A stretch of 64,000 nucleotides of DNA from Pseudomonadota bacterium (GCA_039819095.1 JBCBSP010000003.1:169835-233834), one strand, 5' to 3'; shown: positions 1 through 11,091, counted from the first letter of the stretch. The notes: generated by a model from the sequence alone, not told the origin. Numbers and translations: made by a program.

Positions 1-156
1 AAGGAAGTCGGGCTGCAAGTCCCGCTCGTGGTCCGCCTGGAAGGCACCAATGTCGAGCTCGGCAAAACGATCATTAATGAGAGCGGGCTGAATGTGATTT
101 CCGCCGATGATCTCGATGATGCCGCGAAGAAGATTACGAAGGCGGTTGAGGGGTAG
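1..156 (+). CDS. sucC: succinate--CoA ligase (ADP-forming) beta subunit, C-terminal fragment (5' end outside window)
   Basis: Frame 1 reads [51 protein letters not shown] then TAG at 154-156. This is a recognisable SucC C-terminal tail, and sucD/sucA/sucB follow downstream. Confidence 0.85.
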   Translation, partial: KEVGLQVPLVVRLEGTNVELGKTIINESGLNVISADDLDDAAKKITKAVEG

Positions 157-237
157 GCAACATCGCCGTAATACACAGATGGTTGCAAGGCACACAATAA
201 GGCGCCAACCTCACATAAAGGATGTACAACTTGATAG

Positions 238-663
238 GTGACGCCAATGGGGCCTCAGATTGTAGCAGCAGTCGTGGGCGCTAGCGCTGCAATTCTTGCT
301 CAAATTGTTACAATAATCGCACAATATATATTAAAAAATAGAGAAATTTCACTAGAAAAATCTAAGATAAAATTGGCTGCATATCAAAATTACGAGACAC
401 GTCGACTTGACGCATTCACTTATGTTTTCGATCAATTGTACTCACTTCTTGATGATGACAAAAGTGCATTAGAAGTGTATAGAGATATTCGTCCGCACTG
501 GATGTTCTTTAGCCCAGATACACAAGACCTAGTACGCAAAGCCATCCGCGAAAAGAACCAGCATGGCGAGGGCGCGAGTGATAAAGTTGGTGAATCCTTC
601 TTAATTGCCTTCTCTGCGCTGAAAAATGAAAATAAGGAGTGTATGAGGTTTTACTATGACTGA
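238..663 (+). CDS. hypothetical membrane-anchored protein, 141 aa, no family recognised
   Basis: Long ORF in visibly AT-rich DNA, where stop codons should be frequent. It has an N-terminal hydrophobic helix (GPQIVAAVVGASAAILAQIVTIIAQYIL) followed by a charged helical region. The track start is GTG 238; ATG 247 preceded by AGGTGA is an alternative. Its stop overlaps the next ORF's start (ATGACTGA). Confidence 0.6.
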   Translation: MTPMGPQIVAAVVGASAAILAQIVTIIAQYILKNREISLEKSKIKLAAYQNYETRRLDAFTYVFDQLYSLLDDDKSALEVYRDIRPHWMFFSPDTQDLVRKAIREKNQHGEGASDKVGESFLIAFSALKNENKECMRFYYD

Positions 664-1513
664 GCTACCACACCACCTTAAACAAGACATAGATGAGGGC
701 ACACTGAGCATTGAGCACTCACCTAGCGCAATTAAGCCTCACTTGGCAACTGTTAGGCTTACTATGGAACCCCGGTCTATTCCTAGTGAAATCATTAAAC
801 ACCTCCCTATTGCTGAGAAGTTATTCGAAAAATTTCGTGTTATGTTTGATACATCGACTATAGCTATGCCACCAGGCACCGAGATGGATGGGCCTGTAGA
901 TAGGTTTATACGGTACAAACTTGACGAAGATCAGCTCGTGACTTTTAAAGGAGGCTATTCTGCATTTGGCGGTGAAGACTTTATTTCCATTGGAATTTTG
1001 GGGTTCGGGCGAGAGAATATCATCGCCATGGTTTACGGAACCACGAGGCAGGCTGAGCATCTTTGCAAACTTTTAGCAGAAGAGTTGTGGCGCATTTGTG
1101 GTACAGAGCGGAAATGGAGTGAGCTTAGTGATTGCGTTCAATTTGCCTCTCACATAACCGAAACAGAGGTCGATTTTGGATTTAGTTTCGACCGGTTTTT
1201 CGCTCCAGGATTTAACTTGTTCTTACGCGAGGATATCGAAGGGCGCGACGGGCTCGGGAGACACATTGGCATTATGGGGCAACGAAATCCTGCTTCACGC
1301 GAAGAACTTATCGTACGTACAGCCTACAAGCATATAGAAATGGATATAGGCCTCTTCGACGGAGTGTCCGGAGATTCGGAACAATCCTTCTTGAGAATAC
1401 GCCCCAGCACCCGAAAAGATATCAATCGGAGCCTAATGTCAGTCTCGAGTGAGTTGCCCTTTGATCAGCACGTTCAGATGGTGGAACGACTAATCTCTAA
1501 ACTTAAGGATTGA
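656..1513 (+). CDS. hypothetical soluble protein, 285 aa, no family or catalytic motif recognised
   Basis: An 858-nt ORF in AT-rich DNA with only one short competing antisense ORF (821-1060). ATG 656 overlaps the upstream stop by 8 nt, suggesting translational coupling. AAGGAG lies at about 634-639. Confidence 0.6.
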   Translation: MTELPHHLKQDIDEGTLSIEHSPSAIKPHLATVRLTMEPRSIPSEIIKHLPIAEKLFEKFRVMFDTSTIAMPPGTEMDGPVDRFIRYKLDEDQLVTFKGGYSAFGGEDFISIGILGFGRENIIAMVYGTTRQAEHLCKLLAEELWRICGTERKWSELSDCVQFASHITETEVDFGFSFDRFFAPGFNLFLREDIEGRDGLGRHIGIMGQRNPASREELIVRTAYKHIEMDIGLFDGVSGDSEQSFLRIRPSTRKDINRSLMSVSSELPFDQHVQMVERLISKLKD

Positions 1514-1553
1514 ATTTGGACACGAGGCTCAGAGAATAAGCGCAGGTTGTGTG

Positions 1554-1572
1554 CTACACATAACTCGTGTAG
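1554..1572 (+). promoter_or_regulatory. perfect 6-bp inverted repeat CTACAC-N7-GTGTAG, 10 nt upstream of the vapB start (possible antitoxin operator or RNA hairpin)
   Basis: Read directly: ctacac(1554-1559) ataactc gtgtag(1567-1572). Function is inferred from position only. Confidence 0.25.
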
Positions 1573-1581
1573 GCTCTGTAC

Positions 1582-1857
1582 ATGGCTAAGAATATCACCC
1601 TCGCGATTGATGAAGACCTGCTGGACAAGGCGCGCGTGCTCGCCGCGATGCACCGCACGACGGTCAACGCCATGGTGCGGGAGTTTCTTGAGCAAAAGGT
1701 CGGTGAAGAATCCAAGGATGGGCTCCGCGCCGACTGGGATGCGCTTTTCGAGAAAGTGGACCGTGAAGCCACGGACCGCCGTAAACTCATGAAAGGCGGC
1801 CTGCCGCCTCGTGAAGCTCTCTATGATGAGATGATGCGTGGCCGCAGCGTTCTTTGA
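1582..1857 (+). CDS. vapB: ribbon-helix-helix type II antitoxin (VapB-like)
   Basis: The N-terminus MAKNITLAIDEDLLDKARVLAAMHRTTVNAMVREFLEQ has the typical RHH/CopG-type antitoxin pattern. It is 91 aa and overlaps the downstream PIN gene by 20 nt. Confidence 0.75.
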   Translation: MAKNITLAIDEDLLDKARVLAAMHRTTVNAMVREFLEQKVGEESKDGLRADWDALFEKVDREATDRRKLMKGGLPPREALYDEMMRGRSVL

Positions 1858-2257
1858 CAGTAATATCGTCGTCTACGCCGTCGACCCGCGCGATGACAGC
1901 GATGGTAAGCGAAGCGTCGCACGAGAGCTGATACGGGAACGCGATTGCGTTCTCTCCACTCAGGTCTTGATGGAAGTCTTCAATGTTCTCGTCCGGTTGG
2001 ACCTGATGGATGCAGCACCCGCCAAGGGCTATGTCCGCCGCCTTTGCATGTTCCCGATCATCACAATTGAGCGTGGAGACGTGCTTGAAGCCCTGGAGCT
2101 TCGAGACCTCTATCAGATCCACCACTATGACGGCCTCATCCTGCGCGCTGCGGCGAAGAGTGGCGTGTCGATGCTATACACCGAAGACCTCAATCACGGC
2201 CAGATGTACGGCCCGGTGCGGGTCTGCAATCCGTTCATCGAAGACTTCCTCGCCTAG
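1838..2257 (+). CDS. vapC: PIN-domain ribonuclease toxin (VapC-like)
   Basis: GTG start. The N-terminus AAAFFDSNIVVYAVD carries the first conserved acidic residue of PIN domains. Size is 139 aa, a later DGLILRAA...TEDLNHG segment is present, and the gene pairs with an upstream RHH antitoxin. Confidence 0.8.
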   Translation: MAAAFFDSNIVVYAVDPRDDSDGKRSVARELIRERDCVLSTQVLMEVFNVLVRLDLMDAAPAKGYVRRLCMFPIITIERGDVLEALELRDLYQIHHYDGLILRAAAKSGVSMLYTEDLNHGQMYGPVRVCNPFIEDFLA

Positions 2258-2275
2258 ACAAAAGGTTCCCCGCCC

Positions 2276-3184
2276 ATGTCCGTACTCGTCAACAAAGACA
2301 CCAAAGTCATCGTCCAGGGTCTGACCGGCAAGACCGGCACCTTCCACACCGAACAGGCGCTGGCCTATTACGGCACCAAAATGGTCGCCGGGGTTCACCC
2401 GAAAAAGGGCGGGGAGAGCTGGACCAGCGGCATGGACGGCGCGGCTTCTCTGCCGATCTACGCCAGTGTCGCCGAAGCCAAGGACGCGACCGGGGCAAGC
2501 GCTTCGGTGGTCTATGTGCCGCCGGCCGGCGCGGGCGCAGCCATCATCGAAGCGATCGATGCGGAGATGGACCTGATCGTGTGCATCACCGAAGGCATTC
2601 CGGTGCTCGACATGGTCAAGGTCAAGGCGCGCCTGGACCGATCCAGCTCCCGCCTGCTCGGACCGAACTGCCCCGGCGTGCTGACCCCGGAAGAGTGCAA
2701 GATCGGCATCATGCCCGGCTCGATCTTCCAGAAGGGTTCGGTCGGCGTGGTCTCGCGCTCCGGCACGCTGACCTATGAGGCGGTGTTCCAGACCAGCCAG
2801 GAGGGCCTCGGCCAGACCACGGCGGTCGGAATTGGCGGCGACCCGGTCAAGGGCACCGAGTTCATCGACGTGCTGGAGATGTTCCTCGCCGACGAGGAGA
2901 CGAAATCGATCATCATGATCGGCGAAATCGGCGGCTCGGCCGAGGAAGAAGCCGCACAATTCCTCAAGGATGAAGCCGCCAGGGGTCGCAAGAAGCCCAC
3001 GGTCGGCTTCATCGCCGGGCGCACGGCGCCTCCGGGCCGCACCATGGGCCATGCCGGCGCGATCGTATCCGGCGGCAAGGGCGGCGCGGATGACAAGATC
3101 GAGGCCATGAAATCGGCCGGCATCACGGTGTCCGACAGCCCGGCCCGGCTCGGCGTGACGCTGAGCGAGGTGCTGAAGGGTTAA
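2276..3184 (+). CDS. sucD: succinate--CoA ligase alpha subunit
   Basis: [46 protein letters not shown]..., SRSGTLTYE and GHAGAI motifs are typical SucD. Confidence 0.97.
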   Translation: MSVLVNKDTKVIVQGLTGKTGTFHTEQALAYYGTKMVAGVHPKKGGESWTSGMDGAASLPIYASVAEAKDATGASASVVYVPPAGAGAAIIEAIDAEMDLIVCITEGIPVLDMVKVKARLDRSSSRLLGPNCPGVLTPEECKIGIMPGSIFQKGSVGVVSRSGTLTYEAVFQTSQEGLGQTTAVGIGGDPVKGTEFIDVLEMFLADEETKSIIMIGEIGGSAEEEAAQFLKDEAARGRKKPTVGFIAGRTAPPGRTMGHAGAIVSGGKGGADDKIEAMKSAGITVSDSPARLGVTLSEVLKG

Positions 3185-3212
3185 CCCTTCAGCCGTCGCG
3201 AAACCTGACACA

Positions 3213-3241
3213 GACCCCGCCTCACCGGCGGGGTCTTCTGC
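3213..3241 (+). terminator. stem-loop downstream of sucD (possible attenuator or weak intrinsic terminator)
   Basis: GACCCCGCC(3213-3221) tcacc GGCGGGGTC(3227-3235) forms a perfect 9-bp stem followed by TTCTGCTATT. The T-tract is weak. Confidence 0.45.
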
Positions 3242-3329
3242 TATTGAGCCGCCGCCAGCTGCGACCTTGGTCGAAGCGCGGCGCGAAAACCCACACGATA
3301 CTCTTCTCATTTACCCTTAACGGGCATAA

Positions 3330-6300
3330 ATGTCCGTGTATCACATGCGCGCGCCGTCGCGCGTCGATCCCAAGCGCCCGCTTCGGGCGGAACTGGCTGA
3401 AATGGCTGAAGAACGCTCCTCCTCGAACCAGACCTTTCTGGAAACCTCGTTTCTGTATGGCGGCAACGCCGTCTATCTCGAAGACATGGCCGCGCGCTAC
3501 GCGCAGGATCCCGGCTCTGTTCCGGACTCCTGGCGCGCCTTCTTCGAAACCATGGGCGATGCCGGCGCCGACGCCGTGCGGGCCGCAGAGGGGCCGGGCT
3601 GGAGGCGTGATGACTGGCCGCGCCGCGCCAATGGCGACATGGTCGCCGCGCTTGGCGATATCGGCCCGGAGCTTGCCGGCGTCCCGGACGCGGTGGCCGA
3701 GAAAATGCCGGCCGGCGCCAGCCAGGATGAAGTCCAGCGCGCTGTGCGCGATTCGATCGCGGCGATCATGCTCATCCGCGCCTATCGCATGCGCGGACAT
3801 CTGGCGGCCGATCTCGACCCGCTCGGCCTGACCGATTTCGGCGAGCAGCGCGAGCTGCAGCCGTCACGCTTCGGCTTTGAGGAGGCCGATCTCGACCGGC
3901 AGATCTTCATCAACGGCTATCTCGGGATGGAAAGCGCCACAGTGCGCGAAATCCTGGAGATCCTGAAGCGCACCTATTGCTCCACTTTCGCGGTGGAGTT
4001 CATGCATATCTCCAATCCGGAGGAGAAATCCTGGCTGCAGGAACGCATTGAGGGTCCGGACAAGGAGATCGCCTTCTCAAAAGAAGGCAAGCGCGCCATT
4101 CTGAAGAAGCTGGTCGAGGCGGAAAGCTTCGAGAACTTCCTGCATAAGCGCTATCCCGGCACCAAGCGCTTCGGCATTGACGGCGGCGAGGCCATGGTCC
4201 CGGCGCTGGAGCAGATCATCAAGCGCGGCGGAGCGCTGGGCGTCACCGATATCGTGCTCGGCATGCCGCACCGCGGTCGGCTTAACGTGCTCGCGGCAGT
4301 GATGGGCAAGCCCTATCATGTCATCTTCCACGAGTTTCAGGGCGGCAGCTCGATCGGCGATGACGAGTACGCATCCGGCGATGTGAAATACCATCTCGGC
4401 TCATCGTCCGACCGCGCCTTTGACGGCAATAACGTGCATCTGTCGCTGACCGCGAACCCGTCCCACCTGGAAGCGGTCAATCCGGTCGTCCTGGGCAAGG
4501 CGCGCGCGAAGCAGACCAAGCTGCGCCGCGATCTCGGTCCGGAGGAAAACACCGGCGCCATGGTGCTGCCTCTGCTGCTGCATGGTGATGCGGCTTTCGC
4601 CGGTCAGGGCGTGGTCGCCGAGTGTCTCGGGCTTTCCGGCCTGAAGGGTCACCGCACAGGCGGGGCGATCCACTTCATCGTCAACAATCAGATCGGCTTC
4701 ACGACCAATCCGAAGGATTCCCGTTCCTCGCCCTATCCCAGCGATGTCGCCCTGATGGTTCAGGCGCCGATCTTCCATGTGAACGGCGATGACCCTGAAG
4801 CGGTGGTGTTTGCCGCCAAGGTCGCTACGGAATACCGCCAGAAGTTCGGCAAGGACGTCGTCATCGACATGTTCTGCTATCGCCGCTTCGGCCACAATGA
4901 GGGCGACGACCCGTCCTTCACCCAGCCCATCATGTACAAGGCGATCGCCGGGCGCGACACGACGCTGACGCTTTACGCGGGCCGGCTCCTGTCCGAAGGC
5001 GTGGTGGAAGAGAGCGAGCTGGATGGCTGGCGCTCGGAGTTTGACGACTTCCTCGACGCCGAGTTCGAAGCCGGCAAGGCGTATAAGGCCAACACGGTGG
5101 ACTGGCTGGACGGTGTCTGGTCAGGGCTCGGCCTGCCGGAGGAAGACAAGCTGCGCGGCCAGACCGGCGTGCCGGAAGACCGGCTGAAAGAGATCGGCAT
5201 GGCGATGACCGAGATTCCCGAGGGGATTGCGGTCCACAAGACGCTGAAGCGGGTTCTGGGCAATCGTCGCAAGATGATCGAGACGGGCGAGAATCTCGAC
5301 TGGTCGACCGCCGAGCATCTGGCGTTCGGCACCCTGCTGCGCGAGGGATTCCCGGTGCGCCTATCCGGTCAGGATTCCGGGCGCGGCACCTTCTCCCAGC
5401 GCCATTCGCACATCATTGATCAGGAAACCGAGGAGCGTCATACCCCGCTCAATCATCTCAGCGAGGATCAGGCCCGCTATGAGGTGATCGATTCCATGCT
5501 GTCGGAAGAAGCCGTGCTCGGCTTTGAGCATGGCTACTCGCTGTCGGCGCCGAACACGCTGGTGATGTGGGAAGCCCAGTTCGGCGACTTTGTGAACGGC
5601 GCCCAGATCATCATCGACCAGTTCATCTCCTCATCCGAGCGCAAATGGCTGCGCATGTCCGGCCTGGTCATGCTCCTGCCGCATGGCTTTGAAGGTCAGG
5701 GTCCGGAGCACTCCTCAGCACGGCTTGAGCGCTTCCTGCAGCAATGCGCCGAAGACAATATGCAGGTGGCCAACTGCTCAACCCCGGCGAACTACTACCA
5801 TATTCTTCGCCGCCAGATTCACCGGCCTTTCCGCAAACCGCTTATCCTGATGACGCCCAAAAGCCTTTTACGTCACAAGCGCTGCGTCTCGCCGCTGTTT
5901 GAGTTCGCCGAAGGCAGCACCTTCCACCGCGTGCTGTGGGATGATGCCGACATGAAGGCCCGCGGCGACCGTGACGATGTGGCCGCCGGGCGCACCACGA
6001 CCCGGCTCGTTGAAGACGAGAAGATCCGCCGTGTCGTGATGTGTTCCGGCAAGGTGTATTACGACCTGCTTGAAGCGCGCGAGGAACGCGGCGTTGATGA
6101 CGTTTATCTTCTGCGCGTGGAACAGTACTATCCCTTCCCGGCGCTCTCCCTGATCCATGAGCTTCAGCGCTTCAAATCCGCCGACATGGTCTGGTGTCAG
6201 GAGGAGCCGAAGAATATGGGCCCGTGGAGCTTCGTCGAGCCTTATATCGAGTTTTGCCTGGACAAGGCGGAGACCGACAAAGACCGTCCGCGCTATGTCG

Positions 6301-6392
6301 GGCGCCCGCCCGCCGCTTCTCCGGCGACCGGGGTTCTGAAAAAGCATATCGCACAGCAGAACGCGCTTATTGACGACGCTCTGAAAGCCTAG
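3330..6392 (+). CDS. sucA: 2-oxoglutarate dehydrogenase E1 component
   Basis: Full-length similarity pattern to SucA ([21 protein letters not shown]..., [28 protein letters not shown]). The true start is probably ATG 3402 (MAEERSSS...) rather than the ORF-track start. Confidence 0.95.
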   Translation: MSVYHMRAPSRVDPKRPLRAELAEMAEERSSSNQTFLETSFLYGGNAVYLEDMAARYAQDPGSVPDSWRAFFETMGDAGADAVRAAEGPGWRRDDWPRRANGDMVAALGDIGPELAGVPDAVAEKMPAGASQDEVQRAVRDSIAAIMLIRAYRMRGHLAADLDPLGLTDFGEQRELQPSRFGFEEADLDRQIFINGYLGMESATVREILEILKRTYCSTFAVEFMHISNPEEKSWLQERIEGPDKEIAFSKEGKRAILKKLVEAESFENFLHKRYPGTKRFGIDGGEAMVPALEQIIKRGGALGVTDIVLGMPHRGRLNVLAAVMGKPYHVIFHEFQGGSSIGDDEYASGDVKYHLGSSSDRAFDGNNVHLSLTANPSHLEAVNPVVLGKARAKQTKLRRDLGPEENTGAMVLPLLLHGDAAFAGQGVVAECLGLSGLKGHRTGGAIHFIVNNQIGFTTNPKDSRSSPYPSDVALMVQAPIFHVNGDDPEAVVFAAKVATEYRQKFGKDVVIDMFCYRRFGHNEGDDPSFTQPIMYKAIAGRDTTLTLYAGRLLSEGVVEESELDGWRSEFDDFLDAEFEAGKAYKANTVDWLDGVWSGLGLPEEDKLRGQTGVPEDRLKEIGMAMTEIPEGIAVHKTLKRVLGNRRKMIETGENLDWSTAEHLAFGTLLREGFPVRLSGQDSGRGTFSQRHSHIIDQETEERHTPLNHLSEDQARYEVIDSMLSEEAVLGFEHGYSLSAPNTLVMWEAQFGDFVNGAQIIIDQFISSSERKWLRMSGLVMLLPHGFEGQGPEHSSARLERFLQQCAEDNMQVANCSTPANYYHILRRQIHRPFRKPLILMTPKSLLRHKRCVSPLFEFAEGSTFHRVLWDDADMKARGDRDDVAAGRTTTRLVEDEKIRRVVMCSGKVYYDLLEAREERGVDDVYLLRVEQYYPFPALSLIHELQRFKSADMVWCQEEPKNMGPWSFVEPYIEFCLDKAETDKDRPRYVGRPPAASPATGVLKKHIAQQNALIDDALKA

Positions 6393-6438
6393 ACTGACAC
6401 GCCCGCCCTTTTCCCCTTCCAAGACGAGACGCGCCCCC

Positions 6439-7941
<1,503 letters not shown>

Positions 7942-7947
7942 CCGAGC

Positions 7948-7996
7948 CTGTCATCCCGGCCGAGCCGAAGGCGCCCAGCCCGGGGCCTATTCCGTG
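7948..7996 (+). repeat. REP-like GC-rich palindromic intergenic element, copy A
   Basis: ctgtcatcccggccgagccgaaggcgcccagcccggggcctattccgtg. It shares the tgtcatcccgg ... ccggg ... attccg framework with copies B, C and D. Confidence 0.6.
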
Positions 7997-8025
7997 ACGT
8001 CAACACCCCAGCCCCACGCCTCAAG

Positions 8026-8073
8026 CCAACCGGAATGGGTCCGGATAGCGCTCCGCGCGTCCGGGATGACATG
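8026..8073 (-). repeat. REP-like element, copy B (inverted relative to A)
   Basis: The reverse complement catgtcatcccggacgcgcggagcgctatccggacccattccggttgg aligns at roughly 80% with copy C (hand alignment). Confidence 0.65.
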
Positions 8074-8078
8074 TTGGC

Positions 8079-10853
8079 TCAGTGCGCCTGCCCCCACGTT
8101 TCGGCGGCTTTGGCGTCCACGACCAGCGGCACGGTGAGGCTCACGGCAGGAAGATGCGCTTCGCTCATCACCTCGCGAACGATTTCGATCAGGCGTACAG
8201 CCTCGTCTTCAGGCGCCTCGAAGACCAGCTCGTCATGGACCTGAAGCAGCATGCGTGACTTCAGCCCCGCCTTGGCGAGCGCGTCTTCCATGCGCAGCAT
8301 GGCGCGGCGAATGATGTCGGCGGCCGCCCCCTGGATCGGCGCGTTGATCGCCTGGCGTTCCGCGAACTGGCGCACGGAGGGGTTCTTGTCCTTGATGCCG
8401 GGCAGATGGATGCGCCGACCGAACAGGGTGGAGACCGCGCCGCGTTCTTTGGCTTCGGCCTTCATCGCGTCCATATAATCGGCGATGCCCGGGAATTTCT
8501 TGAAATAGCTTTCGATATACGCCTTCGCCTCATCGCGTCCGATGCCGAGATTATTGGCCAGGCCGAAGGCGGAAATGCCATAAATAATGCCAAAATTGAT
8601 CGCCTTGGCGTTCCGCCGCGTCGCCGGGTCCATTTCATCAAGCGGCACCCCGAACATTTCCGACGCCGTCATGGCGTGAATATCCTGACCCTGGCGGAAG
8701 GCCTCTTTCAGCGCTTCCACATCGGCGATATGGGCGAGAAGCCGCAACTCGATCTGGGAATAATCCGCCGCGACGACGCGATGGCCGGGTTCGGCGGTGA
8801 AGGCCTCGCGGATCTTGCGGCCCTCTTCAGTGCGGATCGGAATGTTCTGCAGGTTCGGTTCAGAGCTGGACAGCCGACCGGTTGAGGTCGCAGCCAGAGA
8901 GAAGCTGGTATGAACCCGGCCGGTATTCGGGTTGATCGCCTCTTTCAGCGCATCCGAATAGGTCGATTTCAGCTTTGAGAATTGCCGCCAGGTCAAAAGC
9001 GCCTGCGGCAGCTCATGGCCCTGGGCGGCGAGCTCTTCGAGCACCGCCGCATCGGTCGACCAGGCGCCGGACTTTGTCTTCTTGCCGCCCGGCAGACCCA
9101 TCTCGCCGAACAGGATTTCGCCGATCTGTTTGGGACTTCCAAGATTGAAGGGGTGGCCAGCGGTCCTGTGCGCGATCTCTTCGGATTCGGCCATTTTCTG
9201 CGCGAAGTGTGAGGACAGGCGCGAAAGCTGGGCCACATCGACCTTGACGCCAGCCAGCTCCATGCGCGCCAGCGCGCCCGCCATGCCGCGTTCCAGCGTC
9301 TCATAGACGGTGAGAAGTCCCTTCTTCGCCAGGCCCGGCTTCAACAGCTCCCAGAGACGCAGCGTGATATCGGCGTCTTCCGCAGCGTAGGCGGTGGCGG
9401 TCGCCAGATCGATCTCGCTGAAGCGTTTCTGTTTCTTGCCGGTTCCGCACACCTCCTTGAACGGGATGCAGCGATGACCGAGATGCCTTTCGGCCAGCTC
9501 ATCCATGCCGTGCCCGTGCAGCCCCGCCTCCTGCACATAGGAGATGAGCATGGTGTCGTCGTACGGAGTCGCCTCAATGCCATAGCGGGCCAGCACCGCC
9601 AGATCATATTTGAAATTCTGGCCGACTTTCAGAACAGCTGGATCCTCAAGCAGACGCTTCAAGGCGCCGAGCGCGGCGGCTTCTTCAATCTGCTCAGGAC
9701 GCCCGCCGCCATCGGCGAGATCGCCGCCCTCATGGCCGAGGGGGATATAGCAGGCCTCGCCCGGCGCGACGGCGAGCGATACGCCGACGAGCCGCGAGGC
9801 GGTGGCGGACAGCGCATCGGTTTCGGTATCGACTGCAACGACGCGCATCGTCCTGGCCCGGTCCATCCAGCGCTGAAGCGCATCCATCGTCTGGACCGTC
9901 TCGTATTTCGACCGGTCGATCGGCGCAGTGGCGTCGCCTGTGGCGTCCGCCGGCCCGGCGCCGAGACCTTCTTCCACGCGGCGGGTGAGCGTGCGGAACT
10001 CCATCGATTTTAAAAAGCTCAGCAGCGTGTCCGCATCGGGTTCATCCGTCCCGAACGCATCGAGCTCCGCGTCAACCGCGACATCCGTCTTCAGCGTGAC
10101 CAACTCACGTGACAGCCGCGCGTCATCGGCGTGCTCGGTGAGTTTTTCGCGGCGCTTGGGCTGCTTGATCTCGCCGGCGCGCTCCAAGAGCGCGTCCAGA
10201 TCGCCATACTCGGTGATCAGCTGAGCCGCCGTTTTCACCCCGATGCCCGGCACGCCCGGGACATTATCGACCGAGTCTCCGGCGAGCGCCTGAACGTCGA
10301 TGACCCGATCCGGGCCCACGCCAAACTTTTCGATCACCTCATCATGGCTGATGCGTTTGGCCTTCATCGGGTCGAGCATTGTGACCTGATCGGACACAAG
10401 CTGCATCAGATCCTTGTCCGAAGACGCCACGGTCACCCGCGCACCGGCTTCTGCGGCCTGCCGGGCATAGGTCGCAATCAGATCATCGGCCTCATAACCC
10501 TCCATCTCGATACAGGGCAGCTGAAACGCGTTGGTGGCGTCGCGAATGAGCGGAAATTGCGGAACGAGATCTTCCGGCGCGGGCGGGCGATTGGCCTTGT
10601 ACTGATCATAGATCGCGTTGCGGAAACTCTCGCCGGAATAGTCGAAAATCACCGCCAGATGCGTCGGTTGATCCTCGCCCTTCAGGTCCTCCAGAAGCTT
10701 CCACAGCATGTTGCAGAAGCCCTGCACCGCTCCGACCGGCGTGCCGTCCGAACGGGTGAGCGGCGGCAGGGCGTGATAGGCGCGGAAGATATAACCCGAC
10801 CCGTCCACCAGATAGACGTGGCTGGAAGCGTCGACGGGACGGGAAACGGCCAT
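8079..10853 (-). CDS. polA: DNA polymerase I
   Basis: 924 aa. It has a 5'-3' exonuclease N-terminus (YLVDGSGYIFRAYHA), a 3'-5' exonuclease region and polymerase motifs (DYSQIELR, QVHDELVFE). Confidence 0.97.
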   Translation of the reverse strand: MAVSRPVDASSHVYLVDGSGYIFRAYHALPPLTRSDGTPVGAVQGFCNMLWKLLEDLKGEDQPTHLAVIFDYSGESFRNAIYDQYKANRPPAPEDLVPQFPLIRDATNAFQLPCIEMEGYEADDLIATYARQAAEAGARVTVASSDKDLMQLVSDQVTMLDPMKAKRISHDEVIEKFGVGPDRVIDVQALAGDSVDNVPGVPGIGVKTAAQLITEYGDLDALLERAGEIKQPKRREKLTEHADDARLSRELVTLKTDVAVDAELDAFGTDEPDADTLLSFLKSMEFRTLTRRVEEGLGAGPADATGDATAPIDRSKYETVQTMDALQRWMDRARTMRVVAVDTETDALSATASRLVGVSLAVAPGEACYIPLGHEGGDLADGGGRPEQIEEAAALGALKRLLEDPAVLKVGQNFKYDLAVLARYGIEATPYDDTMLISYVQEAGLHGHGMDELAERHLGHRCIPFKEVCGTGKKQKRFSEIDLATATAYAAEDADITLRLWELLKPGLAKKGLLTVYETLERGMAGALARMELAGVKVDVAQLSRLSSHFAQKMAESEEIAHRTAGHPFNLGSPKQIGEILFGEMGLPGGKKTKSGAWSTDAAVLEELAAQGHELPQALLTWRQFSKLKSTYSDALKEAINPNTGRVHTSFSLAATSTGRLSSSEPNLQNIPIRTEEGRKIREAFTAEPGHRVVAADYSQIELRLLAHIADVEALKEAFRQGQDIHAMTASEMFGVPLDEMDPATRRNAKAINFGIIYGISAFGLANNLGIGRDEAKAYIESYFKKFPGIADYMDAMKAEAKERGAVSTLFGRRIHLPGIKDKNPSVRQFAERQAINAPIQGAAADIIRRAMLRMEDALAKAGLKSRMLLQVHDELVFEAPEDEAVRLIEIVREVMSEAHLPAVSLTVPLVVDAKAAETWGQAH

Positions 10854-10962
10854 GGGAATGCTCTTCAGATCGGCTGAGTAACGAGGGGTGCGAACCTAGA
10901 ACCTTTTCAGCGGAACAGGGAACCGGTTCTGCGGCTTGGGTCTTTGATAACGGGTTTAACGC

Positions 10963-11011
10963 GTGTCATCCCGGGAGCGTGATAGCGCTGTCCGGGACCC
11001 ATTCCGGTTGG
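10963..11011 (+). repeat. REP-like element, copy C
   Basis: gtgtcatcccgggagcgtgatagcgctgtccgggacccattccggttgg. The internal CCCGG/CCGGG arms can form a hairpin. Confidence 0.65.
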
Positions 11012-11040
11012 GCTGAACCGGGGAGCACAAGCATCAAAAT

Positions 11041-11081
11041 CACGGATTGTGTCCCGGCTCGGAGGCCGGTGCGACACGATG
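11041..11081 (-). repeat. REP-like element, copy D (shorter, degenerate, inverted relative to C)
   Basis: The reverse complement catcgtgtcgcaccggcctccgagccgggacacaatccgtg shares the tgtc..ccgg...ccggga..aatccgtg ends with copy A. Confidence 0.4.
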
Positions 11082-11091
11082 CTGAACCCAC

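Noticed and set aside
157-2275. Classifying the sucC-sucD insert as a mobile element
   Set aside because: No integrase, transposase, tRNA attachment site, or terminal inverted or direct repeats could be found by eye. It is reported as an insertion or island of unknown mechanism instead.
2174-3310. 378-aa minus-strand ORF covering all of sucD
   Set aside because: It is antisense to an unmistakable sucD. The translation is Arg/Ala/Gly/Asp-rich low complexity, typical of shadow ORFs in high-GC DNA.
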